DNA from: an uncultured Bacteroidales bacterium
GTDB lineage: Bacteria; Bacteroidota; Bacteroidia; Bacteroidales; Bacteroidaceae
Direction: 5' to 3'
DNA length: 64,000 nt
Assembly (NCBI GenBank): GCA_902768125.1
Contig: CACXKA010000005.1
Coordinates: 23,643 to 87,642, forward strand
How positions within the stretch are numbered: position 1 is the stretch's first letter; each line of letters starts with the position of its first letter. Of the stretch, positions 9,821-16,735 are shown piece after piece. A program made the position numbers and the translations under genes. Below the pieces are notes generated by a model. It did no database searches. It was not told the DNA's origin and saw nothing but the letters and a program-made list of their open reading frames with translations.

Positions 9821-10933
9821 TTATCTTTTTCTTAGCCATTCAGACATAAATTTGTCATAAACCTCATAGACGCCCTGTTGCTGGGTCAAAACTTGCTTCT
9901 CTATCAGAGCGATGGCAGCTTTCTGCACACTGCTTGCTGAAGCGAGGTGATAGCGCTTGACAAAAGACATGCCTGTGATCTCTTTGGCCTTACCTTCGTG
10001 ACTGACGGCAACAAGTAAGTCACGCTGACGAGCCGTAATTTGGTATAATAGATCTTTATAAGCCTCTTCATTCTGGTTGATGATTTGCTCCACAGCTTTG
10101 TCAACATCATAGATGTCAACCTCATCTTTAGTTGCAAATAATTGGTTGAGCACCTTTTGGAGATACCACGTCGTCCCATCAAAGCGTTCATAAATAGCAC
10201 TCACCACATCGTCAGCAATCCGCTTTCCTGCAGCTTTGAAGTGATTTTTTGCGAACACTTCATACTCTGGTAATGCTACAGGCTTAAGGAACATCATGGA
10301 TACACTTTGATAGAATGGTCTTGCTGGTGAAGAAAACATCTCACTCATCATACTTTTCTGTGAACCAGAAAAGATGAAAACAGCATTACGGCATTGTTGC
10401 ACGTATGTTCGCATGAGTTCCTCAACATTCTGCTCAGGGTAATCATTGATGGCCTGAAATTCATCAATGGCTACAATACATTTTTTGTCAGCAGCCTGCA
10501 GGTAGTTGAATATTTCTTCCAACGTGAAATCAGGCGACTTAATATCTCCTAACCCAAGATTCCAACTAGCATTCCCTTGCCCATCGAAAGAAATACCCGT
10601 TCTAAGTGAAGTCACAAAGCGTAAAAAACCATCAATGGCTGCTTGTCCGCGTTTCTTCAATCGGGTGACAATACCTTGCCCCATCCGATAAACCATATCT
10701 TGAAGATTCTTGGTGGCATAGATGTCTATCAAAAAAGTATAATACTGGTCTTGTATTTCATCTTGAGCAAAACAATGGTGTATGAGTCCTGTTTTACCCA
10801 TACGTCGTGGTGAAATAAGTGCTGTATGATTGCCGTTGGTTAACAAAGTTACCAATTCCTGAGTTTCAGTCTTGCGATCACAGAAATACGCGGCTGACTC
10901 ATAGCCATAAGTAATGAAAGGGTTTTCTATCAT
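9821..10933 (-). CDS. AAA-type ATPase (archaeal-ATPase/ATPase_2-like with C-terminal DUF234-like region)
   Basis: 370 aa. It has a Walker A motif (SPRRMGKTGL) and a Walker B motif (CIVAIDEFQ). A TAAATTTG -7 box lies at 10959-10966. Confidence 0.8.
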   Translation of the reverse strand: MIENPFITYGYESAAYFCDRKTETQELVTLLTNGNHTALISPRRMGKTGLIHHCFAQDEIQDQYYTFLIDIYATKNLQDMVYRMGQGIVTRLKKRGQAAIDGFLRFVTSLRTGISFDGQGNASWNLGLGDIKSPDFTLEEIFNYLQAADKKCIVAIDEFQAINDYPEQNVEELMRTYVQQCRNAVFIFSGSQKSMMSEMFSSPARPFYQSVSMMFLKPVALPEYEVFAKNHFKAAGKRIADDVVSAIYERFDGTTWYLQKVLNQLFATKDEVDIYDVDKAVEQIINQNEEAYKDLLYQITARQRDLLVAVSHEGKAKEITGMSFVKRYHLASASSVQKAAIALIEKQVLTQQQGVYEVYDKFMSEWLRKR

Positions 10934-11057
10934 AATTAGAATGATTGTTTAGATGCCGCAAATTTACAAGGTTTCATTTGAATATCCAAATAATTATCCG
11001 AAAAAGATTATCCAAATCGGATAAAATGTAATGATGGCGCAAAAAACAAAGAAGATT

Positions 11058-11151
11058 TAGTCTCAAACCTTTGACCCTTAACCTTTACAGCCTTTGACTT
11101 TAGACTTTAGACAGTCTCGACCTTCAACCTTCAAATGGTACGCTGGTACGT
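11058..11151 (+). repeat. heptamer-array element ending in CTTCAAATGGTACGCTGGTACGT (right copy)
   Basis: The array is CTTTGAC/CCTTAAC/CTTTACA/.../CTTCAAC units plus a tail that matches 9791-9812 at 20 of 22 positions. Confidence 0.8.
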
Positions 11152-11605
11152 GACAGCATAAGGGTGCCAGTTTTTCTGAATAAGGGCAGGTTATTGTTCA
11201 ATAAGGAACGCTTATTATTCAGCAGAGGCAGGTTATTGGAAAATAAGCCTTGTAGAGAAAAACCAGTCCTTACAACTAAGACACAAAATCTCAAAAACAA
11301 ATTGATTTAGATTTGTACCCTCCCTGAGCCTGCAAGTGTTACTACGAGGAACTTGCACTTGTATCCTCGTGAGTCCACAAAAACTCCTCCGACGTACTCG
11401 CTTTAAAACAACGCCGTTGTTTTGCCTTTCCTACACCGATGTTTTGATGAAACAACGGCGTTGTTTTAACCGCTAATTGTTGAACGCTAAACGAACACGT
11501 TTTTCACAATTTTTCTCTCCAATTGACATTTTTTTCTTGTTTTCCTCGCATAATTCGAACTTTTGTGCTAACTTCGCACCATAAACCCCAAAAACTTTTC
11601 TTGCT

Positions 11606-11797
11606 ATGGAACAGAAAACACAACTTGATCAACTGGAACGACTCGTGCAACTGATTTCGGATGACAACGAGCTTTTGAATCGTGCTAACGACTTCATGAA
11701 GAATCTTGTGAACACAAAATTTGACTATCGTGGCACGCATGACATCTCTGCCGAACTGGCAGCTAAAGAAGGGAAGAAGGAAGAAAGACATCAATGA
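11606..11797 (+). CDS. small hypothetical protein (63 aa, predicted helical)
   Basis: A TAACTTCG -7 box lies at 11569-11576, 30 nt upstream. Its stop overlaps the next gene's start (ATGA at 11794-11797), which suggests translational coupling. Confidence 0.45.
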   Translation: MEQKTQLDQLERLVQLISDDNELLNRANDFMKNLVNTKFDYRGTHDISAELAAKEGKKEERHQ

Positions 11798-12666
11798 AAA
11801 GAATGACATACAGATGGATGATGATGGTGCTTGTCTGGGTGATTGCCCTGGGCATGCACGCACAAGGTGTGGAATACACTCAGTCGGACAGCGCCTTGGT
11901 GGTGAAACTCCTGAAGGAGGCGAAGAACCAGCGAGGCAACGAAAACCCCATTTTTTATTTCGGCAAGAAGTTCCTAGGCATCCCCTATGTGGCACACACG
12001 CTGGAACTGGGCGACAAGGAACACCTGATCGTGAACTTGCACGGATTGGATTGCACCACGTTCGTGGAGACGGTGGTGGCGCTCTCGATGTGCGACCAGC
12101 AGAACAAGCGCACGTTTGACGACTTCTGCCAGAACCTCACGAAGATTCGTTTCCGTGAGGGCAAGATGACGGATTACACCTCACGCCTGCACTATTTCAC
12201 GTGGTGGGCAGAGGACAACGAGCGGCTGGGCATCGTGAAGGACATCAGCATCGAGGATGCTCCTTTCCTGGGCAAGCAGACGATACACATCAACTATATG
12301 TCGCAGCATCCGAATCTGTACAAGCAGTTGAAGAACCATCCGCAGTTCGTGCCTGTCATCAGGAAGTATGAGCAGGAGACGGAGGGGCGGCAGTTTAACT
12401 ACATCCTGAAACAAGACTTGTCGTGGGCGGCTGGAACGCCCTTGAGCATGGTGAGGGATGGTGACATCGTGGCGATGCTGACGGACAGCGACGGGCTGGA
12501 CACGCGCCACATCGGCATCGCGTTCTGGCAACAGGGGAAGTTGCATCTGCTCCACGCCTCGAGCATTTACAAGAAGGTGCTGATGAGCAAGGAGACTTTC
12601 TACGAGTATGAGATGAAACAAGCGAAGCACACGGGCATCCGCGTGTTCAGATTTGTGGAGAAATGA
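11794..12666 (+). CDS. DUF1460 family protein (N-acetylmuramoyl-L-alanine amidase-like)
   Basis: 290 aa with a signal peptide. It shows the characteristic stretch FLGIPYVAHTLE...LIVNLHGLDCTTFVETVVAL...SRLHYFTWW. Confidence 0.7.
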   Translation: MKRMTYRWMMMVLVWVIALGMHAQGVEYTQSDSALVVKLLKEAKNQRGNENPIFYFGKKFLGIPYVAHTLELGDKEHLIVNLHGLDCTTFVETVVALSMCDQQNKRTFDDFCQNLTKIRFREGKMTDYTSRLHYFTWWAEDNERLGIVKDISIEDAPFLGKQTIHINYMSQHPNLYKQLKNHPQFVPVIRKYEQETEGRQFNYILKQDLSWAAGTPLSMVRDGDIVAMLTDSDGLDTRHIGIAFWQQGKLHLLHASSIYKKVLMSKETFYEYEMKQAKHTGIRVFRFVEK

Positions 12667-13367
12667 GGTATTGTTTTTCTGGAACGGGCAACAGCCAATG
12701 GGTGGCAGACAAGTTGGAAGGTCTGCTGGATGACGAGGAAGGTGTCTTCGGCATGGTGTTCCCTGTGTATGGCTGGGGCATCCCCAAGGTGGTGGAGGAA
12801 TATGTGAGGGAGCATCAGGAGGAGATCAAGGCGGCTCAGTATGTGTGGGTGGTGATGACTTGTGGCGACGACATCGGCTATGCGGACAGGGTGCTGAAAA
12901 AGGTGATGGGTCGGGAGGCAGACACGGTCTTCTCTGTGCAGATGCCTAACACGTATGTGTGCCTGCCCGGATTCGATGTAGATAAGGATGAAGTGGCAAC
13001 GGCGAAGGTGCAGGAGACGCGCAAGCGACTGCCCGACATTGCCGAGGCCATCAAGAACAAGGATAAGAAAACGGAAGTGGTGAGGGGCAACTTCGCTTGG
13101 GTGAAGACCTACGTGTTGCGCCCGCTGTTCAACCGCTTCCTCGTGACCGACAAATATTTCCACACGAACAAGAACTGCATCCAATGCAAACGCTGCGTGA
13201 GAGGTTGTCCGCTGAACAATATCACGACCGACGAGAAGGGCAAGATTGTGTGGAAGCACGAGCATTGCACGGGCTGCCTGAGATGTTACCACCGATGCCC
13301 CTGCGAAGCCATTGAGTTCGGCGCATTCACTAAAAACAAAGGACAGAAGGTACATGATTTCGATTGA
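12663..13367 (+). CDS. EFR1-type flavodoxin-like / 2x[4Fe-4S] ferredoxin-domain protein
   Basis: The N-terminus is MRYCFSGTGNSQWVA. There are two Cys clusters, CIQCKRCVRGCP and CTGCLRCYHRCP. An ATGA overlap joins it to the upstream gene. Confidence 0.65.
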   Translation: MRYCFSGTGNSQWVADKLEGLLDDEEGVFGMVFPVYGWGIPKVVEEYVREHQEEIKAAQYVWVVMTCGDDIGYADRVLKKVMGREADTVFSVQMPNTYVCLPGFDVDKDEVATAKVQETRKRLPDIAEAIKNKDKKTEVVRGNFAWVKTYVLRPLFNRFLVTDKYFHTNKNCIQCKRCVRGCPLNNITTDEKGKIVWKHEHCTGCLRCYHRCPCEAIEFGAFTKNKGQKVHDFD

Positions 13368-15402
13368 TAAACTGGGTGTGGAATTTTCAGCCACTCCCCT
13401 CTTTTTGGATGCCAGTTTCGTGGTCAACCCCAAAGACCGCATAGCCCTCGTGGGCAAGAACGGGGCTGGCAAGAGCACGATGCTGAAAATCATTGCGGGC
13501 TTGCAGGAACCCACTTACGGACAAGTGTCGCGACAGAAGGACATCACCATCGGGTATCTGCCTCAGGTGATGGTGCTTTCGGACAGCCGGACGGTGATGG
13601 AGGAGGCTGAGACGGCGTTTGCCCACATCAGCGAGATGCAGGAGCGTCTGGACAAGATGAACGAGGAGATTGCCCGCAGGACGGACTATGAGAGCGAGTC
13701 GTACATGGCACTCATCGAGAAGTTCACCCACGAGAACGACCGTTTCACGATGATGGGCGGCACGAACTATCATGCCGAACTGGAACGCACGTTGCAAGGT
13801 CTGGGTTTCCAACGCACGGACTTCGACCGCCCTACAGCGGAATTTTCTGGTGGCTGGCGAATGCGAATCGAACTGGCAAAGCTGCTCTTGCAGAAACCTG
13901 ACCTGCTGTTGCTCGACGAGCCAACGAACCACCTCGACATCGGTTCCATCCAATGGCTGGAGCAGTTCTTGGCAACGCGTGCCAATGCCGTCATGCTGGT
14001 GAGCCACGACCGTGCCTTCATCAACAACGTGACCAACCGAACCATCGAAATCACCTGCCATCGCATCAACGACTACAAGGTGAAGTATGACGAATACGTG
14101 AAACTGCGTGATGAACGACGCGAACAGCAACTGCGTGCCTACGAGAACCAGCAGAAGGAGATTGCGGACATCAAGCAGTTCATCGAGACGTTCCGATACA
14201 AACCCACGAAGAGCAACCAAGTGCAGTCGCGCATCAAGATGCTGGAGAAAATCGTGCCCATCGAAGTGGATGAGGTGGATACCAGCAGCCTGCACCTGAA
14301 GTTCCCTCCCTGCCTCCGAAGTGGCGACTACCCCATCATCTGCGAGGATGTCAAGAAGGAATACGCGCACGTTGTGTTTGCCGATGTGAACCTGACCATC
14401 AAGCGTGGCGAGAAGGTGGCATTTGTAGGTAACAACGGCGAGGGTAAATCAACGCTGGTCAAATGTATCATGGGCGAAATTCCCTATGAGGGCAACCTGA
14501 AGATTGGTCACAACGTGCAGATTGGCTACTTTGCCCAGAACCAAGCCCAGTTGCTGGATGGCAACATCACCGTGTTTGACACCATCGACCGCGTGGCAAA
14601 GGGTGACATCCGCCTGAAGATAAGAGATATTTTAGGTGCCTTCATGTTTGGTGGCGAGGCATCGGACAAATACGTGAAGGTGCTCTCAGGTGGTGAACGG
14701 AGCCGACTTGCCATGATTCGCCTCCTGCTCGAACCCGTCAACCTGCTCATTCTCGACGAGCCAACCAACCACCTCGACATGCAGTCGAAGGATGTGCTGA
14801 AACAAGCCATCAGAGAGTTCGACGGCACTGCCATCATCGTGAGCCACGACCGCGACTTCCTCGACGGACTCGTGGACAAGGTCTATGAATTTGGCGGTGG
14901 AAAAGTGCGTGAACACCTCTTCGGCATCTACGACTTCCTCCAAAAGAAACAAATCGAAAGCCTGAACGAACTGGGCAAGAACCTAAACAGCGCAGGAAGT
15001 CCCTCCGCCACTCCCACCTCTCAACCTCAAACTTCAAATCTCAAACCTCAAATCTCAAACTCCCACCTCGGCGAAGCCAAACCTCAAACCTCCAACCTCC
15101 AACCTCCAACCACCTCAGATTTAGGCACCAAAGTCCAATCCCTCCTTTCCTATGCAGAATTGAAGGAACGCAACAAGATCATCAAGAAAGCAGAGAAAGC
15201 GGTTGAACAGGCAGAACAGAAAATTGAGGAACTGGAACAGAAGATCGCCGCCATCGAAACGAAACTCGCCACCCCCGAAGGTGCCAGCGACACCACCCTC
15301 TTCACCCAATATGGAGAACTGAAAACGCAACTCTCAGCAGCAGAAGACGAGTGGACAGAAGCAAACGAAAAGTTGGAAGAATTGAAGAGTTGGAAGAATT
15401 GA
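13354..15402 (+). CDS. ABC-F family ATPase (two ABC cassettes, C-terminal coiled coil)
   Basis: It has two Walker A motifs (GKNGAGKST, GNNGEGKST) and two signature motifs (FSGGWRMR, LSGGERSR). I prefer the ATG at 13354 (MISIDKLGVEF) over the TTG at 13312 used in the track. Confidence 0.9.
   Translation: MISIDKLGVEFSATPLFLDASFVVNPKDRIALVGKNGAGKSTMLKIIAGLQEPTYGQVSRQKDITIGYLPQVMVLSDSRTVMEEAETAFAHISEMQERLDKMNEEIARRTDYESESYMALIEKFTHENDRFTMMGGTNYHAELERTLQGLGFQRTDFDRPTAEFSGGWRMRIELAKLLLQKPDLLLLDEPTNHLDIGSIQWLEQFLATRANAVMLVSHDRAFINNVTNRTIEITCHRINDYKVKYDEYVKLRDERREQQLRAYENQQKEIADIKQFIETFRYKPTKSNQVQSRIKMLEKIVPIEVDEVDTSSLHLKFPPCLRSGDYPIICEDVKKEYAHVVFADVNLTIKRGEKVAFVGNNGEGKSTLVKCIMGEIPYEGNLKIGHNVQIGYFAQNQAQLLDGNITVFDTIDRVAKGDIRLKIRDILGAFMFGGEASDKYVKVLSGGERSRLAMIRLLLEPVNLLILDEPTNHLDMQSKDVLKQAIREFDGTAIIVSHDRDFLDGLVDKVYEFGGGKVREHLFGIYDFLQKKQIESLNELGKNLNSAGSPSATPTSQPQTSNLKPQISNSHLGEAKPQTSNLQPPTTSDLGTKVQSLLSYAELKERNKIIKKAEKAVEQAEQKIEELEQKIAAIETKLATPEGASDTTLFTQYGELKTQLSAAEDEWTEANEKLEELKSWKN
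15019..15112 (+). repeat. in-frame 7-nt tandem array (TCAAAYC / CTCCAAC units) inside the ABC-F CDS
   Basis: The array reads TCAACC TCAAACT TCAAATC TCAAACC TCAAATC TCAAACT ... CTCAAAC CTCCAAC CTCCAAC CTCCAAC. It encodes QPQTSNLKPQISNSH...KPQTSNLQPPT. Confidence 0.9.
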
Positions 15403-15530
15403 AGAATTGAAGAGTTGAAGAGTTGAAGAGTTGAAAAATTAAAGAATTGAAGAGTTGAAGTTTTGGCTAACGCGATGTGCACATGCCGAATGGAACTTCA
15501 ATTCTTCAATTCTTCAATCCTTCAATTTTT
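15372..15530. terminator. long inverted 8-mer arrays forming a bidirectional hairpin between convergent genes
   Basis: The left arm is (GAAGARTT)n at 15372-15460 and the right arm is (CTTCAATY)n at 15496-15530, with a 35-nt loop. It covers the stops of the ABC-F gene (15402) and the RlpA-like gene (15514). Confidence 0.7.
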
Positions 15531-15954
15531 CTATCCACAGTTCCACAGGCACCACCCCATCCCTCAACATTCCGATGGTTTCGGCTGCCTTGTTACTCAG
15601 GTCTATCACACGGCCTTTGGCGAAAGGTCCACGATCTTTCACCACGACAATGACTTCCTTGCCATTCTTCTTATTCACCACGTGTATCTTCGTGCCAAAA
15701 GGCAGCTTCTTGTGGGCACAAAAGAGTCCGTTCTTGTCATATCGTTCGCCTGAAGTCATCATGCGCCCGTGCGTACGCGCAGAATAATAGGTGGCTTGTC
15801 CTGTCTCATACAATTTCCATTGTGTCGTATCCACCCTAGCCGTTGTAGTGGCGGAGGAAGCGGCTTTTTGTGTCTGTCCCATGCCATAGATCGGGCAACT
15901 GAAACACAAGATGACGATCAGAACTCGAAGGAGGTATTTGAACATAAACATCAT
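15514..15954 (-). CDS. RlpA-like (septal ring lytic transglycosylase family) double-psi beta-barrel protein
   Basis: 146 aa with a signal peptide. It carries the DPBB pattern GQATYYSARTHGRMMTSGERYD...CAHKKLPFGTKIHVVN...VVVKDRGPF. Confidence 0.8.
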   Translation of the reverse strand: MMFMFKYLLRVLIVILCFSCPIYGMGQTQKAASSATTTARVDTTQWKLYETGQATYYSARTHGRMMTSGERYDKNGLFCAHKKLPFGTKIHVVNKKNGKEVIVVVKDRGPFAKGRVIDLSNKAAETIGMLRDGVVPVELWIEKLKD

Positions 15955-16057
15955 GATTTAGGTAATGTAACATTTGCAAAGGAAAGGAAAAATCTGCACT
16001 CTCACAACTTTTTTAGCAAAAAACATCAGAAGCGTTTGGTCAATTCACCAAAAATTC

Positions 16058-16065
16058 CTACCTTT
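16058..16065 (+). promoter_or_regulatory. -7 promoter box TACCTTTG upstream of the tRNA pair
   Basis: It lies about 50 nt upstream of the tRNA-fMet 5' end. Confidence 0.5.
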
Positions 16066-16116
16066 GCACTCGCAAATGAGAAAGAGGTCGCTCTTTTATG
16101 TTGCAAAACATCATAT

Positions 16117-16192
16117 CGCGGGGTGGAGCAGTTGGTAGCTCGCCAGGCTCATAACCTGGAGGTCGCATGTTCGAGTCCTGCCCCCGCAACCA
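16117..16192 (+). tRNA. tRNA-Met, initiator type (anticodon CAT), CCA encoded
   Basis: The sequence is CGCGGGGTGGAGCAGTTGGTAGCTCGCCAGGCTCATAACCTGGAGGTCGCATGTTCGAGTCCTGCCCCCGCAACCA. It has the C1:A72 mismatch and is close to E. coli tRNA-fMet. Confidence 0.9.
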
Positions 16193-16196
16193 ATTC

Positions 16197-16293
16197 AAAT
16201 TGATAATTGATAGTTGATAATTGACCAACGGGATGCAAGAAACACCCAAGCCCAAGGGCTAAAAATTATCAATTTTCAATTATCAATTTTCGA
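16197..16293. repeat. imperfect 25-bp inverted repeat built from 7-8-mer units, in the inter-tRNA spacer
   Basis: ATTGATAATTGATAGTTGATAATTG faces ATTATCAATTTTCAATTATCAAT. 22 of 25 positions are complementary, with a loop of about 40 nt. Confidence 0.8.
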
Positions 16294-16308
16294 TTAAAAC
16301 CCTACCGT

Positions 16309-16392
16309 GCCGGAATGGTGGAATGGTAGACACGAGGGACTTAAAATCCCTTGGGCATTGCGCCCGTGCGGGTTCGAGCCCCGCTTCCGGTA
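16309..16392 (+). tRNA. tRNA-Leu (anticodon TAA), long variable arm, no encoded CCA
   Basis: The sequence is GCCGGAATGGTGGAATGGTAGACACGAGGGACTTAAAATCCCTTGGGCATTGCGCCCGTGCGGGTTCGAGCCCCGCTTCCGGTA. Confidence 0.9.
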
Positions 16393-16407
16393 CTCAAATT
16401 TCTTTTC

Positions 16408-16449
16408 AATCCTTTGTAAATTAACAGTTTACAAAGGATTTTTCTTTTA
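16408..16449 (+). terminator. rho-independent terminator of the tRNA unit
   Basis: A 13-bp stem AATCCTTTGTAAA/TTTACAAAGGATT has loop TTAACAG and is followed by TTTCTTTTAT. Confidence 0.8.
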
Positions 16450-16585
16450 TTTGTCCTACTTTCACATTTGATACATTTTCTTTCAATTATGATACATTTA
16501 AGAAAAAACACGCTTGTATCATAAATAAAAGCAATTGGAACATAAGAGGAAAGCCACCTCGTGAAAAGTCCGTAACTTTGCACCA

Positions 16586-16680
16586 GAAAAAGTTAGTAAA
16601 GCATAAATAGGTTAATAATTAGTTAGTTAGTTAATTAGTCGAGAAAGTGCCCATTCGTGAGAACGGGCACTTTTCTGTTT
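16586..16680 (+). ncRNA. candidate small RNA, copy 1 (promoter-to-terminator module, paralog of 27326-27412)
   Basis: A TAACTTTG -7 box lies at 16573-16580. About 60 nt of AT-rich body contains ATAAATAGGTTAATAA. A GTGCCC/GGGCAC hairpin follows, then TTTTCTGTTT. There is no ORF. Ends are approximate. Confidence 0.5.
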
Positions 16681-16735
16681 AGGTACATCAAGTGATTATT
16701 GGAAAGGCTGGGAAAGCGCTTCACTTTCCCCTATT

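Noticed and set aside
11504-11995. 163-aa minus-strand ORF spanning the 11.5-12.0 kb region
   Set aside because: It overlaps the promoter, the 63-aa ORF and the signal-peptide region of the DUF1460 gene on the opposite strand. Its composition is Pro/Ser/Cys-rich and it has no -7 box.
13312-13353. ORF-track starts at 13312 (TTG), 20800 (GTG), 34510 (GTG), 56964 (TTG), 32070 and 40577
   Set aside because: These are the most upstream possible starts. Downstream ATGs give canonical N-termini or signal peptides. They also avoid overlapping the -7 promoter boxes (20776-20783, 32068-32075) or the upstream genes, so the shorter models were used.
12600-14370. Minus-strand ORFs 12600-13514 (304 aa) and 13387-14370 (327 aa)
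   Set aside because: They are antisense to the ferredoxin-like and ABC-F genes, both of which have unambiguous motifs. These are shadow ORFs.
16309-16392. tRNA-Leu as an integration site for a mobile element
   Set aside because: By eye I found no second copy of the tRNA 3' end (GGGTTCGAGCCCCGCTTCCGGTA) elsewhere in the window. The downstream genes are the HTCS and CAZyme cluster rather than integrase-led DNA.
16058-16583. Short minus-strand ORFs 16058-16255 and 16341-16583
   Set aside because: They overlap the tRNA-fMet and tRNA-Leu genes and their terminator, so they are not credible coding sequences.
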